Notes: generated by a model not told the origin, from the letters alone. DNA of 64,000 bases from Escherichia coli (GCF_003334315.1 NZ_QOWR01000003.1), one strand, 5' to 3'. Positions 26,154 to 38,520 are shown, numbered from the stretch's first letter. Numbers and translations are program-made.

Positions 26154-29100
26154 AAATTCTCAGCCTGCGCCTGAAAAACCTGAACTCATTAAAAGGCGAA
26201 TGGAAGATTGATTTCACCCGCGAGCCGTTCGCCAGCAACGGGCTGTTTGCTATTACCGGCCCAACAGGTGCGGGGAAAACCACCCTGCTGGACGCCATTT
26301 GTCTGGCGCTGTATCACGAAACTCCGCGTCTCTCTAACGTTTCACAATCGCAAAATGATCTCATGACCCGCGATACCGCCGAATGTCTGGCGGAGGTGGA
26401 GTTTGAAGTGAAAGGTGAAGCGTACCGTGCATTCTGGAGCCAGAATCGGGCGCGTAACCAACCCGACGGTAATTTGCAGGTGCCACGCGTAGAGCTGGCG
26501 CGCTGCGCCGACGGCAAAATTCTCGCCGACAAAGTGAAAGATAAGCTGGAACTGACAGCGACGTTAACCGGGCTGGATTACGGGCGCTTCACCCGTTCGA
26601 TGCTGCTTTCGCAGGGGCAATTTGCTGCCTTCCTGAATGCCAAACCCAAAGAACGCGCGGAATTGCTCGAGGAGTTAACCGGCACTGAAATCTACGGGCA
26701 AATCTCGGCGATGGTTTTTGAGCAGCACAAATCGGCCCGCACAGAGCTGGAGAAGCTGCAAGCGCAGGCCAGCGGCGTCACGTTGCTCACGCCGGAACAA
26801 GTGCAATCGCTGACAGCGAGTTTGCAGGTACTTACTGACGAAGAAAAACAGTTAATTACCGCGCAGCAGCAAGAACAACAATCGCTAAACTGGTTAACGC
26901 GTCAGGACGAATTGCAGCAAGAAGCCAGCCGCCGTCAGCAGGCCTTGCAACAGGCGTTAGCCGAAGAAGAAAAAGCGCAACCTCAACTGGCGGCGCTTAG
27001 TCTGGCACAACCGGCACGAAATCTTCGTCCACACTGGGAACGCATCGCAGAACACAGCGCGGCGCTGGCGCATATTCGCCAGCAGATTGAAGAAGTAAAT
27101 ACTCGCTTACAGAGCACAATGGCGCTTCGCGCGAGCATTCGCCACCACGCGGCGAAGCAGTCAGCAGAATTACAGCAGCAGCAACAAAGCCTGAATACCT
27201 GGTTACAGGAACACGACCGCTTCCGTCAGTGGAACAACGAACCGGCGGGTTGGCGTGCGCAGTTCTCCCAACAAACCAGCGATCGCGAGCATCTGCGGCA
27301 ATGGCAGCAACAGTTAACCCATGCTGAGCAAAAACTTAATGCGCTTGCGGCGATCACGTTGACGTTAACCGCCGATGAAGTTGCTACCGCCCTGGCGCAA
27401 CATGCTGAGCAACGCCCACTGCGTCAGCACCTGGTCGCGCTGCATGGACAGATTGTTCCCCAACAAAAACGTCTGGCGCAGTTACAGGTCGCTATCCAGA
27501 ATGTCACGCAAGAACAGACGCAACGTAACGCCGCACTTAACGAAATGCGCCAGCGTTATAAAGAAAAGACGCAGCAACTTGCCGATGTGAAAACCATTTG
27601 CGAGCAGGAAGCGCGCATCAAAACGCTGGAAGCTCAACGTGCACAGTTACAGGCGGGTCAGCCTTGCCCACTTTGTGGTTCCACCAGCCACCCGGCGGTC
27701 GAGGCGTATCAGGCGCTGGAGCCTGGCGTTAATCAGTCTCGATTACTGGCGCTGGAAAACGAAGTTAAAAAGCTCGGTGAAGAAGGTGCGACGCTACGTG
27801 GGCAACTGGACGCCATAACAAAGCAGCTTCAGCGTGATGAAAACGAAGCGCAAAGCCTCCGACAAGATGAGCAAGCACTTACTCAACAATGGCAAGCCGT
27901 CACGGCCAGCCTCAATATCACCTTGCAGCCACTGGACGATATTCAACCGTGGCTGGATGCACAAGATGAGCACGAACGCCAGCTGCGGTTACTCAGCCAA
28001 CGGCATGAATTACAAGGGCAGATTGCCGCGCATAATCAGCAAATTATCCAGTATCAACAGCAAATTGAACAACGCCAGCAACTACTTTTAACGACATTGA
28101 CGGGTTATGCACTGACATTGCCACAGGAAGATGAAGAAGAGAGCTGGTTGGCGACACGTCAGCAAGAAGCGCAGAGCTGGCAGCAACGCCAGAACGAATT
28201 AACCGCGCTGCAAAACCGTATTCAGCAGCTGACGCCGATTCTGGAAACGTTGCCGCAAAGTGATGAACTCCCGCACTGCGAAGAAACTGTGGTATTGGAA
28301 AACTGGCGGCAGGTACATGAACAATGTCTCGCATTACACAGCCAGCAGCAGACGTTACAGCAACAGGATGTTCTGGCGGCGCAAAGTCTGCAAAAAGCCC
28401 AGGCGCAGTTTGACACCGCGCTACAGGCCAGCGTCTTTGACGATCAGCAGGCGTTCCTTGCGGCGCTAATGGATGAACAAACACTAACGCAGCTGGAACA
28501 GCTCAAGCAGAATCTGGAAAACCAGCGCCGTCAGGCGCAAACTCTGGTCACTCAGACAGCAGAAACGCTGGCACAGCATCAACAACACCGACCTGACGAC
28601 GGGTTGGCTCTCACTGTGACGGTGGAGCAGATTCAGCAAGAGTTAGCGCAAACTCACCAAAAGTTGCGTGAAAACACCACGAGTCAAGGCGAGATTCGCC
28701 AGCAGCTGAAGCAGGATGCAGATAACCGTCAGCAACAACAAACCTTAATGCAGCAAATTGCTCAAATGACGCAGCAGGTTGAGGACTGGGGATATCTGAA
28801 TTCGCTAATAGGTTCCAAAGAGGGCGATAAATTCCGCAAGTTTGCCCAGGGGCTGACGCTGGATAATTTAGTCCATCTCGCTAATCAGCAACTTACCCGG
28901 CTGCACGGGCGCTATCTGTTACAGCGCAAAGCCAGCGAGGCGCTGGAAGTCGAGGTTGTTGATACCTGGCAGGCAGATGCGGTACGCGATACCCGTACCC
29001 TTTCCGGCGGCGAAAGTTTCCTCGTTAGTCTGGCGCTGGCGCTGGCGCTTTCGGATCTGGTCAGCCATAAAACACGTATTGACTCGCTGTTCCTTGATGA

Positions 29101-29296
29101 AGGTTTTGGCACGCTGGATAGCGAAACGCTGGATACCGCCCTTGATGCGCTGGATGCCCTGAACGCCAGTGGCAAAACCATCGGTGTGATTAGCCACGTA
29201 GAAGCGATGAAAGAGCGTATTCCGGTGCAGATCAAAGTGAAAAAGATCAACGGCCTGGGCTACAGCAAACTGGAAAGTACGTTTGCAGTGAAATAA
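26150..29296 (+). CDS. sbcC: Nuclease SbcCD subunit C (SMC-like ATPase)
   Basis: 1048-aa ORF, Walker [10 protein letters not shown] at N-terminus, long coiled-coil with CPLCGS zinc hook, C-terminal signature [19 protein letters not shown]; start overlaps sbcD stop. Confidence 0.97.
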   Translation: MKILSLRLKNLNSLKGEWKIDFTREPFASNGLFAITGPTGAGKTTLLDAICLALYHETPRLSNVSQSQNDLMTRDTAECLAEVEFEVKGEAYRAFWSQNRARNQPDGNLQVPRVELARCADGKILADKVKDKLELTATLTGLDYGRFTRSMLLSQGQFAAFLNAKPKERAELLEELTGTEIYGQISAMVFEQHKSARTELEKLQAQASGVTLLTPEQVQSLTASLQVLTDEEKQLITAQQQEQQSLNWLTRQDELQQEASRRQQALQQALAEEEKAQPQLAALSLAQPARNLRPHWERIAEHSAALAHIRQQIEEVNTRLQSTMALRASIRHHAAKQSAELQQQQQSLNTWLQEHDRFRQWNNEPAGWRAQFSQQTSDREHLRQWQQQLTHAEQKLNALAAITLTLTADEVATALAQHAEQRPLRQHLVALHGQIVPQQKRLAQLQVAIQNVTQEQTQRNAALNEMRQRYKEKTQQLADVKTICEQEARIKTLEAQRAQLQAGQPCPLCGSTSHPAVEAYQALEPGVNQSRLLALENEVKKLGEEGATLRGQLDAITKQLQRDENEAQSLRQDEQALTQQWQAVTASLNITLQPLDDIQPWLDAQDEHERQLRLLSQRHELQGQIAAHNQQIIQYQQQIEQRQQLLLTTLTGYALTLPQEDEEESWLATRQQEAQSWQQRQNELTALQNRIQQLTPILETLPQSDELPHCEETVVLENWRQVHEQCLALHSQQQTLQQQDVLAAQSLQKAQAQFDTALQASVFDDQQAFLAALMDEQTLTQLEQLKQNLENQRRQAQTLVTQTAETLAQHQQHRPDDGLALTVTVEQIQQELAQTHQKLRENTTSQGEIRQQLKQDADNRQQQQTLMQQIAQMTQQVEDWGYLNSLIGSKEGDKFRKFAQGLTLDNLVHLANQQLTRLHGRYLLQRKASEALEVEVVDTWQADAVRDTRTLSGGESFLVSLALALALSDLVSHKTRIDSLFLDEGFGTLDSETLDTALDALDALNASGKTIGVISHVEAMKERIPVQIKVKKINGLGYSKLESTFAVK

Positions 29297-29421
29297 CTAT
29301 TCAGCAGGATAATGAATACAGAGGGGCGAATTATCTCTTGGCCTTGCTGGTCGTTATCCTGCAAGCTATCACTTTATTGGCTACGGTGATTGGTAGCCGT
29401 TCTGGTGGTTGTGATGGTGGT

Positions 29422-30606
29422 ATGAAAAAAGTCATTTTATCTTTGGCTCTGGGCACGTTTGGTTTGGGGATGGCCGAATTTGGCATTATGGGCGTGCTCA
29501 CGGAGCTGGCGCATAACGTAGGAATTTCGATTCCTGCCGCCGGGCATATGATCTCGTATTATGCACTGGGGGTGGTGGTCGGTGCGCCAATCATCGCACT
29601 CTTTTCCAGCCGCTACTCACTCAAACATATCTTGTTGTTTCTGGTGGCGTTGTGCGTCATTGGCAACGCCATGTTCACGCTCTCTTCGTCTTACCTGATG
29701 CTCGCCATTGGTCGGCTGGTATCCGGCTTTCCGCATGGCGCATTTTTTGGCGTCGGAGCGATCGTGTTATCAAAAATTATCAAACCCGGAAAAGTCACCG
29801 CCGCCGTGGCGGGGATGGTTTCCGGGATGACAGTCGCCAATTTGCTGGGCATTCCGCTGGGAACGTATTTAAGTCAGGAATTTAGCTGGCGTTACACCTT
29901 TTTATTGATCGCTGTTTTTAATATTGCGGTGATGGCATCGGTCTATTTTTGGGTGCCAGATATTCGCGACGAGGCGAAAGGAAATCTGCGCGAACAATTT
30001 CACTTTTTGCGCAGCCCGGCCCCGTGGTTAATTTTCGCCGCCACGATGTTTGGCAACGCAGGTGTGTTTGCCTGGTTCAGCTACGTAAAGCCATACATGA
30101 TGTTTATTTCCGGTTTTTCGGAAACGGCGATGACCTTTATTATGATGTTAGTTGGGCTAGGGATGGTGCTGGGAAATATGCTAAGTGGCAGGATTTCAGG
30201 ACGTTATTCACCACTGCGCATTGCAGCAGTGACTGACTTTATAATTGTACTGGCACTGCTGATGCTCTTTTTCTGCGGCGGCATGAAAACAACGTCGCTT
30301 ATTTTTGCTTTTATTTGTTGCGCGGGATTATTTGCCCTTTCAGCACCGCTACAAATATTGTTACTACAAAACGCCAAAGGCGGAGAGTTATTAGGTGCCG
30401 CAGGTGGGCAAATAGCGTTTAACCTCGGTAGCGCCGTCGGCGCATATTGCGGAGGTATGATGCTGACGCTGGGGCTGGCATATAATTACGTGGCGCTGCC
30501 TGCCGCCCTGCTTTCATTTGCTGCGATGTCGTCGTTGCTGCTGTATGGTCGCTATAAGCGCCAGCAAGCGGCGGATACTCCGGTGCTGGCGAAACCACTG
30601 GGGTAG
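29422..30606 (+). CDS. araJ: MFS transporter AraJ
   Basis: ORF track 29338..30606 trimmed to ATG 29422 (MKKVILSLALGTFGLGMAEFGIMGVL...), 394 aa. Confidence 0.9.
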   Translation: MKKVILSLALGTFGLGMAEFGIMGVLTELAHNVGISIPAAGHMISYYALGVVVGAPIIALFSSRYSLKHILLFLVALCVIGNAMFTLSSSYLMLAIGRLVSGFPHGAFFGVGAIVLSKIIKPGKVTAAVAGMVSGMTVANLLGIPLGTYLSQEFSWRYTFLLIAVFNIAVMASVYFWVPDIRDEAKGNLREQFHFLRSPAPWLIFAATMFGNAGVFAWFSYVKPYMMFISGFSETAMTFIMMLVGLGMVLGNMLSGRISGRYSPLRIAAVTDFIIVLALLMLFFCGGMKTTSLIFAFICCAGLFALSAPLQILLLQNAKGGELLGAAGGQIAFNLGSAVGAYCGGMMLTLGLAYNYVALPAALLSFAAMSSLLLYGRYKRQQAADTPVLAKPLG

Positions 30607-30633
30607 GTTATAGTCTCGGTGCTCATTACTTAT

Positions 30634-30725
30634 TGCCGGATGCGGCGTGAACGCCTTATCCGCCCTACGCGGTTCTGGCACATTTTGCAGGCCTGATAAG
30701 ACGCGGCAAGCGTCGCATCAGGCAT
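30634..30725. repeat. BIME (REP units) between convergent araJ and mak
   Basis: GCCGGATGCGGCGTGAACGCCTTATCCG... and GGCCTGATAAGACGCGGCAAGCGTCGCATCAGGC. Confidence 0.7.
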
Positions 30726-30748
30726 GATGCGCCAATTGCCTACGTTTT

Positions 30749-31657
30749 TTACTCTTGTGGCCATAACCACGCAGCGCCGCGTACGCCGCTGGAATCACCG
30801 TGCTTCGCCTTACGCACCGGCGTTTCACATTCGCCGCCGAAGACAAATTGTTTAATCAACTGCCCAACCGTTTGATATAAACGGTCTACATTGCTCATCC
30901 CGCCCCCCAGGACAATCACATCCGGATCGAGAATATTCACGACATGTGCCAGCGATTTTGCCAGCCGCAGCTCGTAGCGACGCAATGCCAGTTCCGCTAC
31001 CGGATCGCTTTCTTCAACCAGGCGGATAATTTCACTGCCTTTCAGCGCATGTCCGCTCAAACGACGATAATCCATCGCGAATCCCGTGCCCGAAATAAAG
31101 GTTTCAATACAACCTTGTTTACCGCAATAACAAGGGACTTCCTCGCGATAACGCAGTTCGTCTTCGTCCATCCACGGTAGCGGATTGTGTCCCCACTCAC
31201 CTGCCGTGCCATTGCCGCCGATATGCGCCCGCCCATTGAATGCCACGCCCGCGCCGCATCCCGTGCCGATAATCACGGCAAATACCGTCTGCGCTCCCGC
31301 TGCCGCGCCATCTACTGCTTCTGAAACCGCCAGACAGTTAGCGTCATTTGCCAGCCGCACTTCCCGCTGCAACCTCGCGCTTAAGTCTTTATCGAATGGC
31401 TGACCGTTGAGCCAGGTTGAATTGGCATTCTTCACCACACCGGTGTAAGGCGAAATTGAGCCAGGAATGCCCATACCTACCGTTCCGCGCTGCCCCGTCG
31501 CCTGCTCCGCCATATCAACCAACGTGGCGATCGTTTCAATAGTCTGCCGGTAATCATCACGCGGCGTGGGCAGACGATGGCGGTACAACTGCTCCCCTGC
31601 ATCGCCCAGTGCAATCACTTCAGTTTTGGTGCCGCCTAAATCGATACCTATACGCAC
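30749..31657 (-). CDS. mak: Fructokinase/manno(fructo)kinase Mak (ROK family)
   Basis: ORF track 30749..31795 trimmed to in-frame GTG at 31655-31657 ([15 protein letters not shown]...) preceded by AAGGAGAG Shine-Dalgarno; 302 aa. Confidence 0.9.
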
Positions 31658-31781
31658 GGTACTCTCCTTATTTTTTTCAATATCAATAGCGTAGAGACGG
31701 ACAACCGGATTGGCAATGCAAGGCCGCCGACAATTCGTTATCATGCCCGCTAAATTTAACGACAAGGCCGTGGAAATTATC

Positions 31782-32693
31782 ATGCTGTGGTTCAAAAATT
31801 TAATGGTTTACCGTCTTAGCCGCGAGATTTCGCTGCGTGCAGAAGAGATGGAAAAACAGCTAGCCTCGATGGCATTTACCCCATGCGGCAGCCAGGACAT
31901 GGCGAAGATGGGCTGGGTTCCTCCGATGGGATCGCACAGCGATGCGTTAACGCACGTTGCCAATGGTCAAATTGTTATCTGCGCGCGCAAAGAAGAAAAA
32001 ATCCTCCCGTCTCCGGTGATTAAACAGGCGCTGGAAGCGAAAATCGCCAAACTGGAAGCGGAACAGGCGCGTAAGCTGAAGAAAACCGAAAAAGATTCGC
32101 TGAAAGACGAAGTGCTGCACTCTCTGCTGCCGCGTGCTTTCAGCCGTTTTAGCCAGACAATGATGTGGATCGACACGGTTAACGGTTTGATTATGGTGGA
32201 CTGCGCCAGTGCCAAAAAAGCGGAAGATACGCTGGCATTACTGCGTAAAAGCCTGGGGTCGTTACCGGTTGTACCATTGAGCATGGAAAACCCGATTGAA
32301 CTGACGCTGACCGAATGGGTACGTTCCGGTAGTGCGGCACAGGGCTTCCAGCTGCTTGATGAAGCCGAGCTGAAATCGTTGCTGGAAGATGGCGGCGTGA
32401 TCCGCGCGAAGAAACAAGATCTGACCAGCGAAGAGATCACCAATCACATTGAAGCCGGAAAAGTGGTGACTAAACTGGCGCTCGACTGGCAGCAGCGCAT
32501 TCAGTTTGTGATGTGCGACGATGGTTCGCTCAAGCGTCTGAAGTTCTGCGACGAGCTGCGCGATCAAAACGAAGATATCGACCGTGAAGATTTCGCCCAG
32601 CGTTTTGATGCCGATTTCATCCTGATGACTGGTGAACTGGTAGCGTTAATTCAAAACCTGATTGAAGGATTAGGTGGCGAAGCACAACGTTAA
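31782..32693 (+). CDS. rdgC: Recombination-associated protein RdgC
   Basis: ORF track 31710..32693 trimmed to ATG 31782 ([28 protein letters not shown]...), 303 aa. Confidence 0.93.
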   Translation: MLWFKNLMVYRLSREISLRAEEMEKQLASMAFTPCGSQDMAKMGWVPPMGSHSDALTHVANGQIVICARKEEKILPSPVIKQALEAKIAKLEAEQARKLKKTEKDSLKDEVLHSLLPRAFSRFSQTMMWIDTVNGLIMVDCASAKKAEDTLALLRKSLGSLPVVPLSMENPIELTLTEWVRSGSAAQGFQLLDEAELKSLLEDGGVIRAKKQDLTSEEITNHIEAGKVVTKLALDWQQRIQFVMCDDGSLKRLKFCDELRDQNEDIDREDFAQRFDADFILMTGELVALIQNLIEGLGGEAQR

Positions 32694-32712
32694 TTGCTGA
32701 TTTTCCTTTAAT

Positions 32713-32745
32713 GCCGGATGCGACGCCTGCCGCGTCTTATCCGGC
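32713..32745. repeat. REP element downstream of rdgC
   Basis: GCCGGATGCGACGCCTGCCGCGTCTTATCCGGC. Confidence 0.6.
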
Positions 32746-32850
32746 GTACGAAGCCACACCAGGCATATAATTATTCGCTACGGCGAGCAATAATTTTTAG
32801 CGCAGCAATATTATGCGTTTTACGCTGTAACTTGCTCCATGGACGTTGTG

Positions 32851-33132
32851 TCATTGTTTTTCCTCAAGCCGGTGACGCGCTTCACTGCGAATTTTCCGCG
32901 TTGCCCCGGTTTTCACTAAATCACGTAACAGCGAAAGATCGGGTTGTTCGACAAATAAGAGTAATGATGGATCCTCTTTTAACCACGCCGTTTTCACATC
33001 GGCAGCCAGCTGTGGATTATTAATAGCCAGCGACCGATCCTGAGGCTCAGTCAATGTCGTTAACAACAACGCCGGGGTATGTGCGTTGCGCAATGCCGTT
33101 TGGCGTAAATGATCATTGCGACTTTGCAGCAA
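32851..33132 (-). CDS. Hypothetical small protein at the position of the K-12 ykiA locus (start uncertain, TTG in ORF track)
   Basis: 93-aa ORF between rdgC and ppnP; no recognisable motif; position corresponds to an uncharacterised K-12 gene (from memory). Confidence 0.3.
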   Translation of the reverse strand: MLQSRNDHLRQTALRNAHTPALLLTTLTEPQDRSLAINNPQLAADVKTAWLKEDPSLLLFVEQPDLSLLRDLVKTGATRKIRSEARHRLEEKQ

Positions 33133-33339
33133 TGCACGCCACCATTCATCATCTGATTTATCTTTTATCGTAGCCAGTTCCGCAACAATATCTGGAGATC
33201 TTCACTGATATTTATATCAACCTTGATAAATTATGAATATATCGGAAATTGAAAAAATCGCAGCAAAGGAAATATTATTATGGGTTAAAGAAAGGATATT
33301 TCAGAAAAATGCCCTCCCGTTCAAGGGGAAGGCGAGGAA

Positions 33340-33624
33340 TTACAGATAGCGGCACAGATAAGAGGTGGGTTCGGCAACTTGCAGATGAAACTCACTGTGA
33401 CCGGGAACATTAAACACCGAACCGGCTTCATACACTTGCCAGTCGGTCGCGTCAGGCAGTAACACATTCAGCGCGCCACTGATTACCGTCATCTCTTCCG
33501 GCTCAGCGGTGCTGAAGGTGTATTCGCCTTCAACCATAACACCCACGCTGGCGCGACCAGTGCTGCTGCTGGAAAAGCCGATCGATTTCACTTTGCCGGA
33601 AAAGTACTCATTACTTTGAAGCAT
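33340..33624 (-). CDS. ppnP: Pyrimidine/purine nucleoside phosphorylase PpnP (YaiE)
   Basis: 94-aa [40 protein letters not shown]... Confidence 0.93.
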
Positions 33625-33695
33625 AAACTGGCCCTGTCTGGTAGTTGAACATCTACTTCACTATAGGGGCCAGAGGCGCTGGCTGTCACGCAAAA

Positions 33696-34373
33696 TTACA
33701 CCAGTAATTCCGCAGCCAGCCGTGCAATCAATACGTTAGAGAGCAAGACAGGAACATCGAGCTGTTTTTGCAGTAAATCGCGATGACGCTGGTTAAATCC
33801 CAAACAATCCAGCATGATGACATCAGCCCCTTTTGCCAGTAATTCTTTCCCGGCATCAATGATTTTTTGTTCTGAATCATGAATGGGGTTACCCAATGAA
33901 AATACCGGCGGTTTCTGCAAAATTTGCCATTTTTGCGCCTGAACGGTCAGCAACTCCTCAACCGGTACGATAACCCCTACCTGATGATCTTCAACAATAG
34001 AGGAAACCAGCGGTGGCAATATCCGCGACGGCTCAAGAAAGATCGTATTACGCGCAGTCATACTACTAATGTTTGCCGTACTCATTAATATAATGACGTC
34101 GTAGCCCTGATTATCGAGCACTTCAACCACACCTTGCAGGTCACGCTCTACTTTGCGACGCGAAACATGGGCCAGATGGTTGTCATTTAATAATGTGAGA
34201 ATTGTGTCTTCGCCTGCTTCTGGCGCGTACTCCGCCATCACTTCTTCGCGGCTTAACTTCCCCAGCAGGCTATGATGGGAAATATTATCTTCGTCAATGT
34301 ATTCTGTCAGGAGCGGCAAAACTTCCTGCATAGGTACAATGCCGATGGTTAGAATCGCCAACGACGCACTCAT
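33696..34373 (-). CDS. aroM: AroM family protein
   Basis: 225-aa [33 protein letters not shown]... Confidence 0.92.
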   Translation of the reverse strand: MSASLAILTIGIVPMQEVLPLLTEYIDEDNISHHSLLGKLSREEVMAEYAPEAGEDTILTLLNDNHLAHVSRRKVERDLQGVVEVLDNQGYDVIILMSTANISSMTARNTIFLEPSRILPPLVSSIVEDHQVGVIVPVEELLTVQAQKWQILQKPPVFSLGNPIHDSEQKIIDAGKELLAKGADVIMLDCLGFNQRHRDLLQKQLDVPVLLSNVLIARLAAELLV

Positions 34374-34630
34374 TGTTCTTCCACCTTACTTTTATTTCGT
34401 CGTTAATTACCGGGCAAGTGTTAAGCACCACTGCTGACACTTACTTGTGCTACAAATGACAAAAAGCGTAGCAGCAGACGTGCACGGCATAATGTAAAGA
34501 TTCCAAATGATTCCAGTAATGGATTGTTATTGTTTAATATTCTAATTATTTGAAAAACATGAATTATGAAAAATGTGACGCAGATCCCTTGTAGTGGCAC
34601 TCAGAATCCCTTCCGAGCAGTCTGATGCGG

Positions 34631-34831
<201 letters not shown>

Positions 34832-34871
34832 TTATTTCACGGGATGAACGTTAAGTATAGGCGCTCGAAAA

Positions 34872-35396
34872 TCAACAATTGATCGTCTGTGCCAGGGCGC
34901 TGCGAATTTCAGAAATCACCTGGCTGGGTTCGTTTGTTGCGTCGATGATAATATGCGCAACTTCGCGATATAGCGCATCGCGTTCTTCCAGCACTTCCTG
35001 AACTTCTTCGCTCAGCGGTTTTCCCGTTAAGGTTGGCCGTAAATCTTCTTCCGGTGCAGCTTGCAGTCGGTTAACCAGGACTGATACTGGCGCACACAAA
35101 TAAACCACGATCCCGTTATTTTGCATGAAGTGACGATTAAATTCCGTCAGAATAATGCCGCCGCCTGTAGCGATAACGGTGGATGGCGCAGTTACCGCTT
35201 CCAGCGCCGCCGTTTCTCTGGCGCGAAATCCCGCCCACTCTTCCCTTTCGACGATCTCCGCGACCGTCATATTGAGCTGTGATTGCAACCACTGATCGGT
35301 ATCGACAAACCGACGGTTAAGCGAATCGGCAAGGGCCATTCCGACCGTTGTTTTACCACAGCCCCGAGGCCCGATCAGAAAAAGAGGTTGTGTCAT
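34872..35396 (-). CDS. aroL: Shikimate kinase II
   Basis: 174-aa [29 protein letters not shown]... (Walker A). Confidence 0.95.
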
Positions 35397-35459
35397 CGTG
35401 GGTTTTCCCCAATAGGTCGCAATGCGGCGAAAGCCGGTGTCATGAGAATAGCGATCATA

Positions 35460-35577
35460 CCATCAAACTAGTACAATTTCGATTGTAAAGGAAAAATTCC
35501 ACTTAAAGTGAAAATCTCAATACACCCCTTACTATACCAATAAATATTCAAGAATGAAGTGTAAATAATAAATTACA
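35460..35577 (-). promoter_or_regulatory. aroL control region: TyrR boxes and TrpR-like operator
   Basis: Strong TyrR box TGTAAATAATAAATTACA at 35560-35577, weaker TGTAAAGGAAAAATTCCAC at 35484-35502, ACTAGTAC (TrpR core) at 35467-35474; aroL is known TyrR/TrpR regulated. Confidence 0.55.
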
Positions 35578-36037
35578 TTTGGCCGCGACTACGTTGCACT
35601 TCCAGCCACCATTTCTCCAGCTCCGCAGCAAAGGCCTGGCGGTCACGTTGTGAAAGACTATCTGGTCCGCCGGTCTGGATCCCACTGGCACGTAAGGTAT
35701 CCATAAAATCGCGCATCGTCAGGCGCTCACGAATGGTCGCTGGCGTGTAACGTTCGCCGCGCGGATTAATCGCCGCAGCGCCTTTCTCGATGGCTTCAGC
35801 AGCCAAAGGTATATCTGCGGTGATCACCAAATCGCCCGCTTCACACTGCCGGACAATTTCGTTATCGGCAACGTCGAAACCTGCCGCGACGCGCAGCGTA
35901 CGAATAAATCGCGATGGCGGCACGCGTAAACTCTGGTTTGCTACCAGTACCAGCGGCATCTGCATACGTTCCGCCGCGCGATACAAAATCTCTTTAATTA
36001 CATTGGGACACGCGTCGGCATCCACCCAAATTGTCAT
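35573..36037 (-). CDS. yaiI: UPF0178 protein YaiI
   Basis: ORF track 35573..36157 trimmed to ATG 36035-36037 ([31 protein letters not shown]...), 152 aa. Confidence 0.9.
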   Translation of the reverse strand: MTIWVDADACPNVIKEILYRAAERMQMPLVLVANQSLRVPPSRFIRTLRVAAGFDVADNEIVRQCEAGDLVITADIPLAAEAIEKGAAAINPRGERYTPATIRERLTMRDFMDTLRASGIQTGGPDSLSQRDRQAFAAELEKWWLEVQRSRGQM

Positions 36038-36156
36038 AAAGTCATCCTTTGTTGGGTAATCCTCTATTGTGTCGCGCTTTTGCCTTCCGGCATAGTTCTG
36101 TTTATGCTTCTGCCAGCGATTATCAAAACAATGAATTTCACGGCAGGAGTGAGGCA

Positions 36157-36966
36157 ATGGAAAAGAAAATCGGTTTTATTGGCTGCGGCAATATGGGAAA
36201 AGCCATTCTCGGCGGTCTGATTGCCAGCGGTCAGGTGCTTCCAGGGCAAATCTGGGTATATACCCCCTCCCCGGATAAAGTCGCCGCCCTGCATGACCAG
36301 TTCGGCATCAACGCCGCAGAATCGGCGCAAGAAGTGGCGCAAATCGCCGACATCATTTTTGCTGCCGTTAAACCTGGCATCATGATTAAAGTGCTTAGCG
36401 AAATCACCTCCAGCCTGAATAAAGACTCTCTGGTCGTTTCTATTGCTGCAGGTGTCACGCTCGACCAACTTGCCCGCGCGCTGGGCCATGACCGGAAAAT
36501 TATCCGCGCCATGCCGAACACTCCCGCGCTGGTTAATGCCGGGATGACCTCCGTAACGCCAAACGCGCTGGTAACCCCAGAAGATACCGCTGATGTGCTG
36601 AATATTTTCCGCTGCTTTGGCGAAGCGGAAGTGATTGCTGAGCCGATGATCCACCCGGTGGTCGGTGTGAGCGGTTCTTCGCCAGCCTACGTATTTATGT
36701 TTATCGAAGCGATGGCCGACGCCGCCGTGCTGGGCGGGATGCCACGCGCCCAGGCGTATAAATTTGCCGCTCAGGCAGTAATGGGTTCCGCAAAAATGGT
36801 GCTGGAAACGGGAGAACATCCGGGGGCACTGAAAGATATGGTCTGCTCACCGGGAGGCACCACCATTGAAGCGGTACGCGTACTGGAAGAGAAAGGCTTC
36901 CGTGCCGCAGTGATCGAAGCGATGACGAAGTGTATGGAAAAATCAGAAAAACTCAGCAAATCCTGA
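36157..36966 (+). CDS. proC: Pyrroline-5-carboxylate reductase
   Basis: ORF track 36049..36966 trimmed to ATG 36157 ([21 protein letters not shown]...), 269 aa. Confidence 0.95.
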   Translation: MEKKIGFIGCGNMGKAILGGLIASGQVLPGQIWVYTPSPDKVAALHDQFGINAAESAQEVAQIADIIFAAVKPGIMIKVLSEITSSLNKDSLVVSIAAGVTLDQLARALGHDRKIIRAMPNTPALVNAGMTSVTPNALVTPEDTADVLNIFRCFGEAEVIAEPMIHPVVGVSGSSPAYVFMFIEAMADAAVLGGMPRAQAYKFAAQAVMGSAKMVLETGEHPGALKDMVCSPGGTTIEAVRVLEEKGFRAAVIEAMTKCMEKSEKLSKS

Positions 36967-36974
36967 TGACTTTC

Positions 36975-37015
36975 GCCGGACGTCAGGCCGCCACTTCGGT
37001 GCGGTTACGTCCGGC
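36975..37015. terminator. Bidirectional terminator hairpin between proC and dgcC
   Basis: GCCGGACGT...ACGTCCGGC inverted repeat followed by TTTCTTT on plus strand; overlaps the 3' end of dgcC. Confidence 0.5.
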
Positions 37016-38098
37016 TTTCTTTGCTTTGTAAAGCGCCAAATCTGCCGATTTCAACCACTCACGATAGTGACTCATTTGTGGGTTCAGCGGCGCAACCCCC
37101 ACACTAATCCGTAAAGTTACCTGTGGCGTATTCGGCAAACGTAATGTATTTAGCCCTTCATGCACTCGTAACATGGCGGTAATAGCGCTCTCAGCTGGCG
37201 TACCGGACATGATTACTGCAAACTCATCGCCGCCAAACCGACCAATCACATCGCTACCGCGCAGGGTAATTTGTAACTGTCGGGTAAGCGCCACTATCGC
37301 TTCATCGCCCACATCATGGCCCCAGGTATCGTTGATGCTCTTGAAATGGTCGATATCGATAATCAGTAACGTTGCATCGCGATTATGCCGCCGACAGTTA
37401 TCAAATTCATTGCGTAACATAGTTTCCCAATGACGTCGGTTATACACGCCCGTCATGCCGTCGCGGGTACTCATGACCTGCAACCTGCGTTTATGTTCCG
37501 CCAGTTTGGTTGCCGTCTGGTAGCTGACCCAGCCAAACAGCAGAGGATAAATGACAATAATGGGAAGGGAGAGCCACCATTCCAGCGGCGCATTATTGAA
37601 CGACACGGTAATGCCCGTCAGCTCGAGGGTGACAAGGCAGGAAACCACCATCAACACCAGACCCGCGACAAACAGACGGGGGCCGCCTGCCCCCATCAAA
37701 TTCAGACACATAATCATCAACATCGCGGTGGAAGGCAGCACGTTTACGCCCATTACGCCTACCCACATTCCCGCTAATACTGCATCGGTTTTTAAGTTGT
37801 AAATTTCCCGGCTAAGCGGATCGACGGCCCTGCTCGCTATCTGCCAGGCTAAATGCGGCCAGACGAACGCCCAGCCGACCAACACCAGCCACCACCAGCC
37901 CGGCGGCGGGTGCGAAACCAGCGTTGAAGCAATCGGTAAGAACATGCCAGCCAGGCCAACCGCACGGGGTAGTCTGACGCGACGGGCGAAGCGCAGCCCG
38001 GACCGCTGATGTTCGTTTTGAGGAGTTAAAGGAGGTTCCTCCCCATGCGCCGCCGCTTTTTTGAAAAAGTTTTCATCATTCATTATTTTTGGGAACAT
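36983..38098 (-). CDS. dgcC: Diguanylate cyclase DgcC (AdrA/YaiC)
   Basis: 371-aa ORF; N-terminal MASE2-type membrane domain and C-terminal GGDEF domain (RFGGDEF). Confidence 0.93.
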   Translation of the reverse strand: MFPKIMNDENFFKKAAAHGEEPPLTPQNEHQRSGLRFARRVRLPRAVGLAGMFLPIASTLVSHPPPGWWWLVLVGWAFVWPHLAWQIASRAVDPLSREIYNLKTDAVLAGMWVGVMGVNVLPSTAMLMIMCLNLMGAGGPRLFVAGLVLMVVSCLVTLELTGITVSFNNAPLEWWLSLPIIVIYPLLFGWVSYQTATKLAEHKRRLQVMSTRDGMTGVYNRRHWETMLRNEFDNCRRHNRDATLLIIDIDHFKSINDTWGHDVGDEAIVALTRQLQITLRGSDVIGRFGGDEFAVIMSGTPAESAITAMLRVHEGLNTLRLPNTPQVTLRISVGVAPLNPQMSHYREWLKSADLALYKAKKAGRNRTEVAA

Positions 38099-38199
38099 TC
38101 AGAAACAATTTTCCCAAATTATAGAGACGGGGCTAAAGGCAGAAGTATGAAATTTCGGGTGAGCCACTTTCGTAGCTCACCCGTTAGCACTATCAGGTA

Positions 38200-38520
38200 T
38201 CAGGCGGCTTTCTTGAGGCAGGCACTCATAAACTTATTACGATCATCACCTTTCAGAGATTGTTGCGTTGCTTGATTATTACATTCGCGCATCTTTTGCT
38301 GCTGTGGCGTCAAACTTTTTTCACCAGGCGCAGACTTGCTGTTCTTCAGGCAATCACTCATGTAGGTCTTACGAGCATCCCCTTTCAACGCCTGCGCCGT
38401 CGCCTGCTGATTACAGGAGGTCATACGCTGTTGTTGCGGGGTTAAGGTTCTCTCGGCAGCGCCGACGGTGGTTAAAAAAACCAGTCCGAAAAGCAAGGTA
38501 ACCAGTAATGTTATTTTCAT
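38200..38520 (-). CDS. psiF: Phosphate starvation-inducible protein PsiF
   Basis: ORF track 38200..38538 trimmed to ATG 38518-38520 (MKITLLVTLLFGLVFLTTVGA...), 106 aa, internal duplication TPQQQ(R/K)M..CN.QAT.Q.LKGD. Confidence 0.9.
   Translation of the reverse strand: MKITLLVTLLFGLVFLTTVGAAERTLTPQQQRMTSCNQQATAQALKGDARKTYMSDCLKNSKSAPGEKSLTPQQQKMRECNNQATQQSLKGDDRNKFMSACLKKAA

Noticed and set aside
36064-36819. 251-aa minus-strand ORF antisense to proC
   Set aside because: Antisense to a conserved gene; product lacks any recognisable motif.
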